A stretch of 60,677 nt of DNA from an uncultured euryarchaeote. GTDB lineage: Archaea; Thermoplasmatota; Poseidoniia; Poseidoniales; Poseidoniaceae. Numbering within the stretch: position 1 is the stretch's first letter; each line of letters starts with the position of its first letter. The stretch is from positions 1-60,677 of the forward strand of contig CAXDRT010000001.1 of assembly GCA_963991835.1 (NCBI GenBank), written 5' to 3'. Under the pieces are notes generated by a model. The model was given only the letters and a program-made list of their open reading frames with translations. It searched no databases and was not told where the DNA came from. Below, one piece after another: positions 46,334 through 56,367 of this stretch. The position numbers and the translations under genes were made by a program.

Positions 46334-47832
46334 TGAAGACAAAGATTCCGTGCTGCATAGACTTCATCTACACGACGAACAGGTGTGGTTATTGGAGCAT
46401 TATGCAACGTTTCTGCATCGACTTGAAGGACTTTAGCAAAATCTTCTGCAAATGTATCGAGTGTATCTTTCGATTCCGTTTCAGTTGGTTCAATCATCAT
46501 GCATTCTGGGACGACCAGTGGGAAATAGACTGTTGGAGCCATGTAGCCCATATCGAGCAACCCTTTGGCCACATCCATTGCTGAAATCCCCAATGATTCT
46601 TTTGCTGGTGCAAGAGAGAGTGTGAATTCGTGTTTTGCCACGACAGTTTCAGCTCCATCAACAAACATGTGATCGACCCCAGCAGCCTTTGCTTCTCTGT
46701 GAATTGCATGGCGAAGATAATTTGCATTCAAAACCGCATGTTCAGACATGGTTCGAAGTTCCTTACCGTATCGTCGATAATATGCCCAGCAACGAATGAT
46801 TGCACCTGCATTACCATGCCACTGCTGAACCTTACCAATCGTATGTTCTGGCTCATGCCATGTGTACCAGAAATCATCTACGGCTTGCTCCTGTTCTGAT
46901 TCATTTGCTTCTCTCCGAGAGACAATAGGTGTTGGTAGGAATGGCGCAAGATGTTGCTTTACACCAATCGGTCCAGATCCAGGACCTCCTCCTCCATGTG
47001 GCTGACTGAAGGTTTTGTGAAGATTGTAATGAACTGCATCAAAGCCCATCAGACCAGGGCTTGTCCTTCCTAGAATAGCGTTGAAGTTGGCCCCATCATA
47101 GTACATCAATCCACCAACGCCGTGGACGACTTCGGATGCTTCTGCAATATCATGTTCAAACAAACCAAGTGTATTGGGGTTCGTAATCATCATTGCTGCT
47201 GTGTCTTCACCAACGACTGCACGTAGTGCATCAAGGTCGATGCGGCCATCGACTTTACTTGGAATCTCAATGATCTCGAAGCCAGCCATAGCAGCGCTCG
47301 CAGGATTCGTTCCATGTGCCGAATCAGGAACAATGACCTTGGTTCTTTGGTGTTCACCACGATGTCTAAAGTATTCTTGGAAACATCGAACTGCAGTAAA
47401 TTCACCTTGTGCTCCAGCAACTGGTTGCAATGTGACTGCATCCATACCTGCACAGATGGAAAGCATCTCTTGCATTTCAAAGTAAATTGAAAGCAAGCCT
47501 TGGATTTGATGTTCAGGCTGATGAGGATGGATATCGGCGATACCTGGAAGTTGAGCAATAACTTCGTTCACACGTGGATTATGCTTCATTGTACAAGAGC
47601 CAAGTGGGTAAAATCCAGTATCAATTCCAAAGTTTCTCTTTGAAAGCCAAGTGTAATGGCGAACCATTTCTGGTTCAGAGAGTCTTGGCCATCGGGGAAG
47701 GCTCTTGCGAGCGAGATTATTTGGAAGTGATAGTTTGGAAGCCTCGAGAAGTGGTTTCGGTTGAGCATACCCTTTACCAGGAGCGCCGTGATGATCAAAA
47801 AGGTGGCTCATGCAGTCACCTCCTTTACCCAT
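46315..47832 (-). CDS. gcvPB: glycine dehydrogenase (decarboxylating) subunit 2
   Basis: The PLP-lysine context is NLHKTFSQPHGGGGPGSGP. The likely true start is MSHLFDH at 47811, forming an ATGA overlap with the gcvPA stop (plus strand tcat at 47808-47811). Confidence 0.93.
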   Translation of the reverse strand: MGKGGDCMSHLFDHHGAPGKGYAQPKPLLEASKLSLPNNLARKSLPRWPRLSEPEMVRHYTWLSKRNFGIDTGFYPLGSCTMKHNPRVNEVIAQLPGIADIHPHQPEHQIQGLLSIYFEMQEMLSICAGMDAVTLQPVAGAQGEFTAVRCFQEYFRHRGEHQRTKVIVPDSAHGTNPASAAMAGFEIIEIPSKVDGRIDLDALRAVVGEDTAAMMITNPNTLGLFEHDIAEASEVVHGVGGLMYYDGANFNAILGRTSPGLMGFDAVHYNLHKTFSQPHGGGGPGSGPIGVKQHLAPFLPTPIVSRREANESEQEQAVDDFWYTWHEPEHTIGKVQQWHGNAGAIIRCWAYYRRYGKELRTMSEHAVLNANYLRHAIHREAKAAGVDHMFVDGAETVVAKHEFTLSLAPAKESLGISAMDVAKGLLDMGYMAPTVYFPLVVPECMMIEPTETESKDTLDTFAEDFAKVLQVDAETLHNAPITTPVRRVDEVYAARNLCLHHPFDE

Positions 47833-49178
47833 GATTCAAGACTTATCGAAAGTCGTTCGATGTCGTCACCAGAGGTCTGGTCAGTAAACGTCAGTAACAA
47901 ACGATTTGATTGGTCAGGATACCACCACGAAAGATCAAACCCACCAATTATTCCCTTTTCCTCGAGATATGTCAAGCAGTTCTTACCAGTATCAGGAACT
48001 TCGATTGCAAATTCATTGAAGTGGGATTGGTGCTCATGAACAAGAGATAGCCCTGGAATAGAAGCTATTTTTTGTTTAGCATACGTGCATGCAGCCATGT
48101 TTCGTATTGCCAATTCTTCAAGGCCTTCTGGTCCAAGAAGAGACATATGCATCGCGCCCATTAAAGCGATTAGTGTCTCGTTTGTACAGATGTTCGAGGT
48201 TGCGCGATGTCGTCTGATATGTTGCTCACGAGTTGATAGAGTCAGACAGTATGCTTCTTTTCCATCAACATCGATGCTTCTTCCAACAATTCGACCTGGC
48301 ATGAGACGTAGGTATGGTTTGGTGCATCCAAAGATTCCGTAAATTGGCCCTCCTGCTGTAATTGGACTTCCGAGAGGTTGTCCTTCTCCAACAACAATAT
48401 CAGCGCCATAGTTTCCTGGCGCTTCAACAAGTCCCAGTGAGATTGGTTGTATGGCAACAATGAGAGCCGTATGCTCGCCTATCATCTCTTTCAATTCTGG
48501 ATAGCCGCCATCGATGATACCGAGTGGATTTGGTTGTTCTACATACACAGCACAAGATCCAGCAGCATGAGCAACATCATCGAGATCGATAAGACCGTTT
48601 TCATGATGCCTTAATTTCTTAATTTCAATTCCAGCACCTTGGCAGTAATTGTAGATGACTGAACATCGGTCAGGAGGTGTTAGTTCGGAAATGTAAACTG
48701 TGTTCTTTTGCTCAGCCTTTCTATTGTGAACACGGACTGCACATGTAATCGCTTCAGCTGCTGCGGTGGACCCATCATAGAGAGAGAGATTTGTCACAGG
48801 CATAGCAATTAATTCGGAGATAAGCGACTGGAACTCCCACATTGCCTGCAGCATTCCTTGAGACACTTCAGGCTGATATGGCGTGTAAGAGGTGAGAAAT
48901 TCACCGCGAGTAATCAACTGGAAAACGCTGGATGGAACGAAGTTACGATACAAACCTGCACCAAGAAAAGATACCTTTTCACCAAGAGCTACATTTGATC
49001 CAAGAAGGCGCTTTGCATCAGCAAGTAGTTCTTCTTCACTTTGAGCATCAGGGAGAGGGAGGTCTTCGTTCATACGAACACCAGAAGGAACATCTGCAAA
49101 CAGCGCATCAATCGAGTCGAAACCCATTTCTTGAAGCATTTCTTTTTCTCTTCCTAGATTCGGGAGTTGGTCAACCAT
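47808..49178 (-). CDS. gcvPA: glycine dehydrogenase (decarboxylating) subunit 1
   Basis: 456 aa. The N-terminus (EKEMLQEMGFDSIDALFADVP) and the overall layout are typical of GcvPA. It lies directly upstream of gcvPB. Confidence 0.9.
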   Translation of the reverse strand: MVDQLPNLGREKEMLQEMGFDSIDALFADVPSGVRMNEDLPLPDAQSEEELLADAKRLLGSNVALGEKVSFLGAGLYRNFVPSSVFQLITRGEFLTSYTPYQPEVSQGMLQAMWEFQSLISELIAMPVTNLSLYDGSTAAAEAITCAVRVHNRKAEQKNTVYISELTPPDRCSVIYNYCQGAGIEIKKLRHHENGLIDLDDVAHAAGSCAVYVEQPNPLGIIDGGYPELKEMIGEHTALIVAIQPISLGLVEAPGNYGADIVVGEGQPLGSPITAGGPIYGIFGCTKPYLRLMPGRIVGRSIDVDGKEAYCLTLSTREQHIRRHRATSNICTNETLIALMGAMHMSLLGPEGLEELAIRNMAACTYAKQKIASIPGLSLVHEHQSHFNEFAIEVPDTGKNCLTYLEEKGIIGGFDLSWWYPDQSNRLLLTFTDQTSGDDIERLSISLESWVKEVTA

Positions 49179-49263
49179 TCAAAAGCACCTCCGCAGGTGT
49201 GCTGAACCAATCGCGTAGCCCTCATAATATTCGTCATTGAGCCATCAGGAGTTGGAACCTGTT

Positions 49264-50379
49264 TCAGACGAATGGTGGCCGCACAATTACGGCCTTAACA
49301 GACGACCTTGGACTTGCGGCAATCAAGACTTCATCGCCCTCTTTAACACCTGAAATATAGCCAATTCCAATGCCTGTGTTGCCAAGTGAAGGCGAAGGTG
49401 CCCCTGAGGTGAGTTCACCAATCACTGAACCATCCAATGTCGTGACACCTTTACCTGGTCGCGGCAATGGACCTCGTTCGAGATACTTGATTCCCCACCA
49501 ACGTGCGTCGGTATCAGAATGGGAGACAACTCGAGATTTACCTGTAAACTCGTGACCAAGATCTAGGCCAAACGGTACGTTTGTTTCCCAAGAATCTCTT
49601 GCGAGAAATGTGTGTGAACCATCATCTAGGCCAGGCCATAGGAAGTCAACTCCTGAGAGTAGGTACCCCTTTTCCAGTCGTAGCGTATCTCTTGCACCTA
49701 ATCCGATGGGGGTTGCTCCAGCTTCTGCGAGAGCTCTCCAAACAGCCACAACATCTTCGTTTGGAACAAATATCTCATATCCTGCTTCACCAGTATAACC
49801 TGTTCCTTGAATCCATCCAGTAACGCCAAGGTTATTTTCAGATAATGCACTCCATTTGAAACGACCAACATGTTGGCCCTCACCAAATGCAGCGTCCAAC
49901 ATATCTTTGCTTGTTGGACCTTGAAGGGCAATGATCGACATCGAAGGCGAGAGATTCTCTAGAGTGACACCCATCCGTTCTGGATTGAGTTGATGGAACC
50001 ATTTCCACATCACATCAATCATCGATGCGTTTGGAACTCCAAGGATCTCAGTCTCCGAAACAACTGCAAAAATCATGTCGTCAATGATGAATCCATCATG
50101 GTCAAGAAAATGTGTGTAAGCACATCTACCAGGTGAAACCGCAGTCACGTTCTGTGTTGCACATGATTGAAGCCACTCAAGTACACGTTCACCAGAGAAA
50201 CGAAATGTACCCATGTGAGATACATCGAAGATTCCCGCACCTTCACGTGTTGCGATATGTTCTGACTTGATGTTTGAATACCATATTGGCAATTCAAACC
50301 CATGGAAATCTACAAGATTCCCGCCCATCGTTTTATGCTCTTCAAAAAGAGCGGTCCTTACTGGTTCATCATTGCTCAT
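49264..50379 (-). CDS. gcvT: aminomethyltransferase (glycine cleavage T protein)
   Basis: 371 aa with the GIFDVSHMG motif. The N-terminus (RTALFEEHKTMGGNLVDFHGFELPIWY) is typical of GcvT. Confidence 0.92.
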   Translation of the reverse strand: MSNDEPVRTALFEEHKTMGGNLVDFHGFELPIWYSNIKSEHIATREGAGIFDVSHMGTFRFSGERVLEWLQSCATQNVTAVSPGRCAYTHFLDHDGFIIDDMIFAVVSETEILGVPNASMIDVMWKWFHQLNPERMGVTLENLSPSMSIIALQGPTSKDMLDAAFGEGQHVGRFKWSALSENNLGVTGWIQGTGYTGEAGYEIFVPNEDVVAVWRALAEAGATPIGLGARDTLRLEKGYLLSGVDFLWPGLDDGSHTFLARDSWETNVPFGLDLGHEFTGKSRVVSHSDTDARWWGIKYLERGPLPRPGKGVTTLDGSVIGELTSGAPSPSLGNTGIGIGYISGVKEGDEVLIAASPRSSVKAVIVRPPFV

Positions 50380-50423
50380 ACCTACACTATCCCGTTTTAG
50401 TTCTCAAAGTTTCGTTTACTTGA

Positions 50424-51839
50424 CTACTGAGAGGGAAGACCTCTCTCGATATCTCGCCCGAGTTCCACAACCCGATCGATATAGGAATCAAGACTCGATT
50501 CTGTAATCTGATTGTTTGAAATAACCGAACGAAGGATAATTTGTTCGTCAATAGTGCTCTTACTAACCATAAATCGTCCATCTTGCAATAATCTGTGACG
50601 TAATTCAACATTCAGTTCATTGAGTTCTTCCAAAGCAGTACTCCCAACATAACGGAAACAAACATTTGTCCACATTCGAGAAGAGGACATTTCCAATTCT
50701 GGTGTTGCCTCTACTTTGAGTTCAAGATAGGTTGCAAGTTCCATAAATCGATCGACCATCGATGCCCAACCAGCATCTCCAATCTCTCTCCAAGCCAGCC
50801 ATAACTTCAGGGCATCATTTCTTCGACCGCATTGCAGGGAGTAACGTCCAAGATCCACATCTTCTGCTTCACCATGATACAGATAATGGGCTTCAGTACC
50901 AGTCGAGCAAACTTGGCGTAGAATGTTTCCATCTTTTACAATAAATGCGGAGCAAATTAATGGTATACCCATCATTTTATGCGCATCCCAACAAAAGCTG
51001 TCTGCGAGTTCAATTCCATCCATCAAAGAACGATATTGATTTGAAAACAGACAAGCGCCGCCCCAAGCAGCATCGACATGCAGCCAAAGATTGTGTCTGT
51101 GGGATATTTCAGCGAGTGGACGAAGAGGATCAAACGAACCTCTTACTGTTGTGCCACTTGTTGCTAACACTGCAAATGGTCGTTGTCCAGAATGTAGTGC
51201 TCTTTGTATCTCCTCTTCCAGAGAATCGGGTCGCATTCTTCCATCTTCATCACATCGCACTTTGATTAAATTCATGAAACCTATGCCTATTACATTGGCT
51301 GCTATGCTATACGAATAATGAGCCTCCTCGGATACAAAAACAACTGCATTCCTACCATCAAATCCTAAGGATGACGATTTCTGATCCATTGATTGCCTTG
51401 CACAAAGTAAACCAAGCATATTCCCGTTCGAGCCACCAGTTGTCAATGTCCCTTTGGATGTTGAAAATCCTGCAAGTTCACCCATTCGTGTTATGATAGT
51501 AGATTCGATTAACGTAGCAATTGGGGCAATTTCGTAAGTATACATTGCTGTATTTGTCGCAGCAGTAACCAATTCTCCAGCAATCGAGGCAACTGATAAC
51601 CCACCCCATAACGGATTCATGAATCCAGGAGCTGTTGTGTGGACTGAATGACGAAGTACTGAATCAATATCATCGAGAGCAGCGTCAATTCCATGTCCTT
51701 CGATCGGGAGTTTCAAATCTATTGTTTTCCCAAGTGAATCACGAGGTAAACTACTTCGGATAATATCTTCTTTTTGAGAGCGTTTCAAGAAATCTTTGAC
51801 ACGAAATAAGACTTCATCCAGAAATTCCTCTGCCCCCAT
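50424..51839 (-). CDS. PLP-dependent group II amino-acid decarboxylase (GAD/CSAD-like)
   Basis: 471 aa. The PLP lysine lies in SFCWDAHKMMGIPLICS. SGTTVRGSFDPLRPLAEISHRHNLWLHVDAAWGGA closely resembles glutamate/cysteine-sulfinate decarboxylases. The substrate cannot be determined from sequence. Confidence 0.85.
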   Translation of the reverse strand: MGAEEFLDEVLFRVKDFLKRSQKEDIIRSSLPRDSLGKTIDLKLPIEGHGIDAALDDIDSVLRHSVHTTAPGFMNPLWGGLSVASIAGELVTAATNTAMYTYEIAPIATLIESTIITRMGELAGFSTSKGTLTTGGSNGNMLGLLCARQSMDQKSSSLGFDGRNAVVFVSEEAHYSYSIAANVIGIGFMNLIKVRCDEDGRMRPDSLEEEIQRALHSGQRPFAVLATSGTTVRGSFDPLRPLAEISHRHNLWLHVDAAWGGACLFSNQYRSLMDGIELADSFCWDAHKMMGIPLICSAFIVKDGNILRQVCSTGTEAHYLYHGEAEDVDLGRYSLQCGRRNDALKLWLAWREIGDAGWASMVDRFMELATYLELKVEATPELEMSSSRMWTNVCFRYVGSTALEELNELNVELRHRLLQDGRFMVSKSTIDEQIILRSVISNNQITESSLDSYIDRVVELGRDIERGLPSQ

Positions 51840-51902
51840 GAATCTTAGGCTGTCCTATGAGGTCTTTGAACGTCCCTGTTGAATCACGGAGGTTGCTAAT
51901 TT

Positions 51903-51928
51903 ATGCATAACGCATGAGAGGATAAATA
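51903..51928 (+). promoter_or_regulatory. candidate promoter/operator of the ThiR-like gene: short inverted repeat ATGC-ATAAC-GCAT followed by TATA-like ATAAATA
   Basis: The inverted repeat is at 51903-51915. ATAAATA at 51922-51928 lies 32-38 nt upstream of the ATG at 51960, consistent with a leaderless or very short-leader archaeal transcript. The arms are only 4 bp, so this is weak. Confidence 0.25.
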
Positions 51929-51959
51929 CATTGAATAACCTAACCCCTTTCGTAACATC

Positions 51960-52823
51960 ATGCTGGGAGAGAATGGAGATAAATGGCTCACACGATTACA
52001 TATGCAATTATCAAGAGAATTACGCTCACAAGGCTGGTCTCAAATGGACATAGCATCAATGTTAGGCACAACCCAAAGTACTATTTCTCGCCAGTACCAA
52101 AAACCGATTCTTGACCTCCCTGGTTCTGCTGATTCGCTTACTGTCGATGGATGGGCAAAGGAAATTGCATCAGGCTTGATTTCGATTGGCCCAGAAGAAC
52201 CACTACTGCGTCAGCGATTTGTTATTGAATTCCAATTTGGCAACAATCAAGTTCTTCGATATGACAAAACATTCACTGGGATGGATTTAGAAGCGAACCA
52301 AAAGGAACAAGCTATGATTCGTAGACTTGAATGGGCCATAAGTCGACTTGATTCGAAGTTGATTTTGCCAGTTATACCACAAGTCGGACTGAATATTGCA
52401 TCCTGTATGGAGACTGCAACAACAACGCAAGAGGTTGCTTCAATTCCAGGTAAGGTCACAGCAGTTGGTGATGTATTACGAACCCACAGCCGACCTGAAT
52501 TTGGTTCATCAAAGACACTTGCTGGAATATTACTGGACGTTCGTAAGATGGATGAAAGTAAGAATTCAATCATTAATATTCGACCTCCTGGTGACCATGA
52601 TGGGACAGATATTGATGCTGTCCGGGACGCTTGTGATCAACTTGGATGGACCCTTGCAGACGGTGATAGAGATGGTATTGAACAAATGAAAGGCAACATC
52701 GATGCGATCCTAGACATCGGCGATTTTGGCTGGGAACCTTCACTCTATGTTCTTGCAACCAACCCGCTCGAAGTCGTTGACAGATGTCACAATCTCATCC
52801 ATGCATTGGAGGGATCAAACTGA
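51960..52823 (+). CDS. HTH + ThiN-domain protein (ThiR-like thiamine-responsive regulator)
   Basis: 287 aa. The N-terminal HTH is WSQMDIASMLGTTQSTISRQ. The C-terminal ~170 aa resemble the ThiN (thiamine-phosphate synthase-like) fold (IPQVGLNIA..., IPGKVTAVG...). It sits directly upstream of a thiamine-type ABC importer and overlaps it. Confidence 0.55.
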   Translation: MLGENGDKWLTRLHMQLSRELRSQGWSQMDIASMLGTTQSTISRQYQKPILDLPGSADSLTVDGWAKEIASGLISIGPEEPLLRQRFVIEFQFGNNQVLRYDKTFTGMDLEANQKEQAMIRRLEWAISRLDSKLILPVIPQVGLNIASCMETATTTQEVASIPGKVTAVGDVLRTHSRPEFGSSKTLAGILLDVRKMDESKNSIINIRPPGDHDGTDIDAVRDACDQLGWTLADGDRDGIEQMKGNIDAILDIGDFGWEPSLYVLATNPLEVVDRCHNLIHALEGSN

Positions 52824-53956
52824 AGTTACACCTTCTTGTAGTATTATTGATGCTAAGCCTCCCACTTAGTGGATGTACGGAGAATCCAGCAGTCAAGCTC
52901 CTTGGTACAGAAAACGAGGATCTTGAATGTAATGATGGTAAAGATACTGGGGATGATTGCGTCCTTACAATTGTCACATACGATATTATTGCAATTACAG
53001 ATGATGTCCTTAATGAATTTACGAATCAGACTGGCGTTCAAGTTGAGATGATTCGAACAGATGATGCAGGAGGTATTCTCGAACACCTTTTACTCACACA
53101 AGACAACCCACAGGCTGATTTAGCACTCGGACTCGACAACACATATCTCCAGACTGCCTTGCAATTTGATTTACTGGCAGAACATAATGCAGAGATTCCA
53201 AACCTCGACTCTAAGGCAACAGCACCGTACAGTGGTAACAAAGCAGTTCCCTTTGATCAAGGGTACATCTGTCTTAATGCAGATACACAAGCATTGAGTG
53301 AAAATAACATCTCCTTCCCATCTACACTCGAAGAACTAACATCGCCTGACTGGAAGGGAAGAACTGCATTTCCTAGCCCAGTTACATCATCCCCTGGAAG
53401 AGCGTTCATGGTTGCAACCATTGACTATTTTGACCAACAAACAAGCAACATGACTGCATTTGATTGGTGGGCTGAGATGGCAGAAAATGATGCCATTTTC
53501 ACAAGCGGATGGACTGAAGCATACGAAACCCACTACACTGGAGGCTATGGAATATGGAATGAGGGTCACATAGGTGATGCATGGCTTACAGTATCATACT
53601 GCCACTCTCCCGGTGTCGAAGCATATTATGGTGGAAATTCAACGATTTCAGCTGCTGTCGATATCGACTACGCTTCATTTTCCCAAGTTGAATATGCAGC
53701 ATCTGTCAATGGAGGAGGTTCAAAGAATGCCGTCAATGCCTTCATTGAATACTTACTCAGCGATGAAGTGAATACAAACATGCCTGAAAACAATTTGATG
53801 TATTCAGTTTTGGAGGGCAAGGACCTCCCTGAGACAGACGGTTACAGATATCACAGCCCTGTTCCAACTCAACCATCAACGATTGAAATGGATCTCATTG
53901 GTCAGGAAATGGAGAATTGGCTTAAGGAATGGCGAGATTCGACAGACTCAATCTGA
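52784..53956 (+). CDS. thiB: ABC transporter substrate-binding lipoprotein (thiamine/TbpA-like)
   Basis: 390 aa. The lipoprotein signal is KLKLHLLVVLLMLSLPLSGC (lipobox LSGC). It has a periplasmic-binding-protein layout. It overlaps the preceding gene by 40 nt if ATG 52784 is used, and no better start is evident. The substrate is inferred from context. Confidence 0.65.
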   Translation: MSQSHPCIGGIKLKLHLLVVLLMLSLPLSGCTENPAVKLLGTENEDLECNDGKDTGDDCVLTIVTYDIIAITDDVLNEFTNQTGVQVEMIRTDDAGGILEHLLLTQDNPQADLALGLDNTYLQTALQFDLLAEHNAEIPNLDSKATAPYSGNKAVPFDQGYICLNADTQALSENNISFPSTLEELTSPDWKGRTAFPSPVTSSPGRAFMVATIDYFDQQTSNMTAFDWWAEMAENDAIFTSGWTEAYETHYTGGYGIWNEGHIGDAWLTVSYCHSPGVEAYYGGNSTISAAVDIDYASFSQVEYAASVNGGGSKNAVNAFIEYLLSDEVNTNMPENNLMYSVLEGKDLPETDGYRYHSPVPTQPSTIEMDLIGQEMENWLKEWRDSTDSI

Positions 53957-53965
53957 GTTGAAGGC

Positions 53966-55693
53966 ATGACATTGCGTAGTATTCGAAGTGTACCAATTTT
54001 CGTATACTTGGGATTGATTCTCATTCCGATATATCTTGCAGTTCAACGGTTGATAGATGTAACTGGAAAAGACCCTTTCACTGCAATCTATCTATTACCA
54101 GACCATCCATTAGGAAGTGAAGCACTCTATTTCTCATTCATTCAAGCATTACTTTCTGCCACGCTTACTCTTGTGATTGGCTTGCCTATTGCATGGTGGC
54201 TAGGCAGACATCAGTGGAAGCATCTGAACATTATCAGAGCAGCACTAACCCTTCCCTTTGTGACTCCAACTATCATTGCAGCGATGGGTTTTCTTGCTCT
54301 TTTCAAAACAGGAGGGGCGATTGAATCTATTGGAATAGATCTCAGATTTGAAACTGGATTTATTGGTTGGCTATCCGATGCAACTGGAATCGAAAACTCT
54401 GGCCATATTATTGCCTTATTACTTGCCCATGCTTGGTTTAATATCGCCCTAGTCATTCGTTTTGTTGAACCAAAAATCGCAACAATACCCCCACGATATG
54501 AGGAGGCCATTCGCTTACTGCCTATCGGAAAAACTCGATTCGGCCGAGCGAGATATTTTTGGTGGCCAATGTTGAGAACGTCTATTGGTTCAGCTTTTCT
54601 TTTCGCATTCATATTTTCATTCACATCATTTGCTTTGGTTCGATGGCTTGCTCCAGATATGTGGACTCTCGAAGCATTGATGGCTGTAGAAGGTGGTGCA
54701 GCAGGCATCTATAATTACAGAACAGAAACAAGTCTACTGGTTCTTGGTGGAGCAACATTACAAGGCATAATTCTTCTTTTTGCTCTTGGTTTAGCGGGTT
54801 ATTGGCAACAAAAGCAATCGATATCAAATGATGTTGTCTCCGAGTCTTTTGCAAGAAAGACAGCAGGAAGACCATCACTGCTTGCACGAATAGGCGTCTC
54901 TTTCGCTCTTTTGTTCGCACTTGCCCCATTGGCTTCTATGTTGATCTCTTCCGTTCGAATCAGAGATCGAGCCAATGAATCGTATCGATGGAGTACCGAA
55001 GCGTGGGACATTGCTCTTACTGGTGATTTGACGTATGTCTCAGCTGCAGATGCTTTAGCAAACTCAATTGTTTATGCAATTGCTTGTATGGTTGTATCAA
55101 TCCTCCTCGGTTATGCTGTTGCTTCATCAATACATGCATTCGAATCAAGAGGGAAAAAGAAAACGGCAATGGCTATTGATTTACTCTCCATGCTCCCATT
55201 GGCACTTTCAGGAGTCATGGTCGGATTGGGTGTATTACTCGGCGTACTCAAGGTGTGGCCAGAGCTCTTCCAATGGTACGGCCTTCCTATAATTCCGCAT
55301 GCAATGCTTACAACACCATTTGTAATTCGAATCCTCTTACCAGCCCTGAGGAGTTTGGATTCAAATTACGATGAAACTGCTGCTATGCTTGGTTATTCAC
55401 AATACCAACGATTCATAAGAGTGAGAATTCCTTTGATGAAAAGTTCACTTGTGGTTGCTGCAACTCTTTCCATCGCCTTTTCATTGGGTGAATTCGGAGC
55501 ATCTTGGATTCTTTTGCGTTCAGGTTCTTGGGACACCTTACCCATACTGGTTGACCAATTGATGGCCAGACCAAAATATTTCCAACTTGTTGAACCAGTA
55601 GCTATGGCTACTGCTTCTCTTTTGATGATCGTAACGTTTGTTCTCTTTGTCATCACAGAACGTTTTAGAGAACATCAAGGAGGAGGATTCTAA
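53966..55693 (+). CDS. thiP: ABC transporter permease, duplicated (two-domain) ThiP-like
   Basis: 575 aa with ~12 TM segments, consisting of two tandem permease domains as in ThiP/FbpB-type importers. Confidence 0.75.
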   Translation: MTLRSIRSVPIFVYLGLILIPIYLAVQRLIDVTGKDPFTAIYLLPDHPLGSEALYFSFIQALLSATLTLVIGLPIAWWLGRHQWKHLNIIRAALTLPFVTPTIIAAMGFLALFKTGGAIESIGIDLRFETGFIGWLSDATGIENSGHIIALLLAHAWFNIALVIRFVEPKIATIPPRYEEAIRLLPIGKTRFGRARYFWWPMLRTSIGSAFLFAFIFSFTSFALVRWLAPDMWTLEALMAVEGGAAGIYNYRTETSLLVLGGATLQGIILLFALGLAGYWQQKQSISNDVVSESFARKTAGRPSLLARIGVSFALLFALAPLASMLISSVRIRDRANESYRWSTEAWDIALTGDLTYVSAADALANSIVYAIACMVVSILLGYAVASSIHAFESRGKKKTAMAIDLLSMLPLALSGVMVGLGVLLGVLKVWPELFQWYGLPIIPHAMLTTPFVIRILLPALRSLDSNYDETAAMLGYSQYQRFIRVRIPLMKSSLVVAATLSIAFSLGEFGASWILLRSGSWDTLPILVDQLMARPKYFQLVEPVAMATASLLMIVTFVLFVITERFREHQGGGF

Positions 55694-56367
55694 TGACAAT
55701 CAAAATTCAATCACTAACACTATCCTATGATGAAAACATCATCGTCCAAGGATGCAATCTTACCTTAGCTGAAGGCGAGATTCTTGTGATATTGGGCCCA
55801 AGTGGATGTGGAAAGACAACATTGCTAAGAGCGATTGCTGGTTTTGTAAAACCAGATGAAGGGACAATTCACCTCAATGGAAGAATCTTGAATCAAATCA
55901 AACCCGAGGACCGAAATATTGGCATGCTATTCCAACGACCTGTTCTATTTCCTCACAAAGATGTACTCGGAAACATACTCTTCGCATACAGAAAGAAGAA
56001 AGATCGTAATATGGAAGAAGTGGATGAAATTATGAAAGACATGGGGATCTATACGATGAAAAATCAATCAATAGAAACGCTTTCTGGTGGAGAATCTCAA
56101 CGCGTTGTTCTCGCAAGAGCGTTGCTTACAAACCCTGAACTATTACTTCTTGATGAACCATTATCATCTCTTGATTTAAGCGTGAGACGACAATTAGCAG
56201 CAGAGATACGAGCGACATTGAAATCCAAAAATATCCCAGCAATACATGTAACACACGATCATGAAGAGGCCGCAATTATTGGTGATCGAATCATCGAATG
56301 GGATGAACTTCATCTACTCGAAAGTGTATTGATTCAAGCAAATACAGATGAAACGACCTCTGGCTGA
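55693..56367 (+). CDS. thiQ: ABC transporter ATP-binding protein, short ThiQ-like form
   Basis: Walker A is GPSGCGKTT, the signature is LSGGESQRV and Walker B is LLLLDEPLSSLD. At 224 aa it lacks a C-terminal TOBE-type domain, which favours ThiQ over the iron-type FbpC. The start overlaps the thiP stop (ATG at 55693). Confidence 0.85.
   Translation: MTIKIQSLTLSYDENIIVQGCNLTLAEGEILVILGPSGCGKTTLLRAIAGFVKPDEGTIHLNGRILNQIKPEDRNIGMLFQRPVLFPHKDVLGNILFAYRKKKDRNMEEVDEIMKDMGIYTMKNQSIETLSGGESQRVVLARALLTNPELLLLDEPLSSLDLSVRRQLAAEIRATLKSKNIPAIHVTHDHEEAAIIGDRIIEWDELHLLESVLIQANTDETTSG

Noticed and set aside
51840-51959. Possible TPP riboswitch upstream of the thiamine module
   Set aside because: Only a fragmentary UGAGA is present. 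The conserved CUGAGA...ACCUGAUCUGGAUAAUGCCAGCG core and its helices are absent, and the spacer is too short once the TATA-like box is accounted for.
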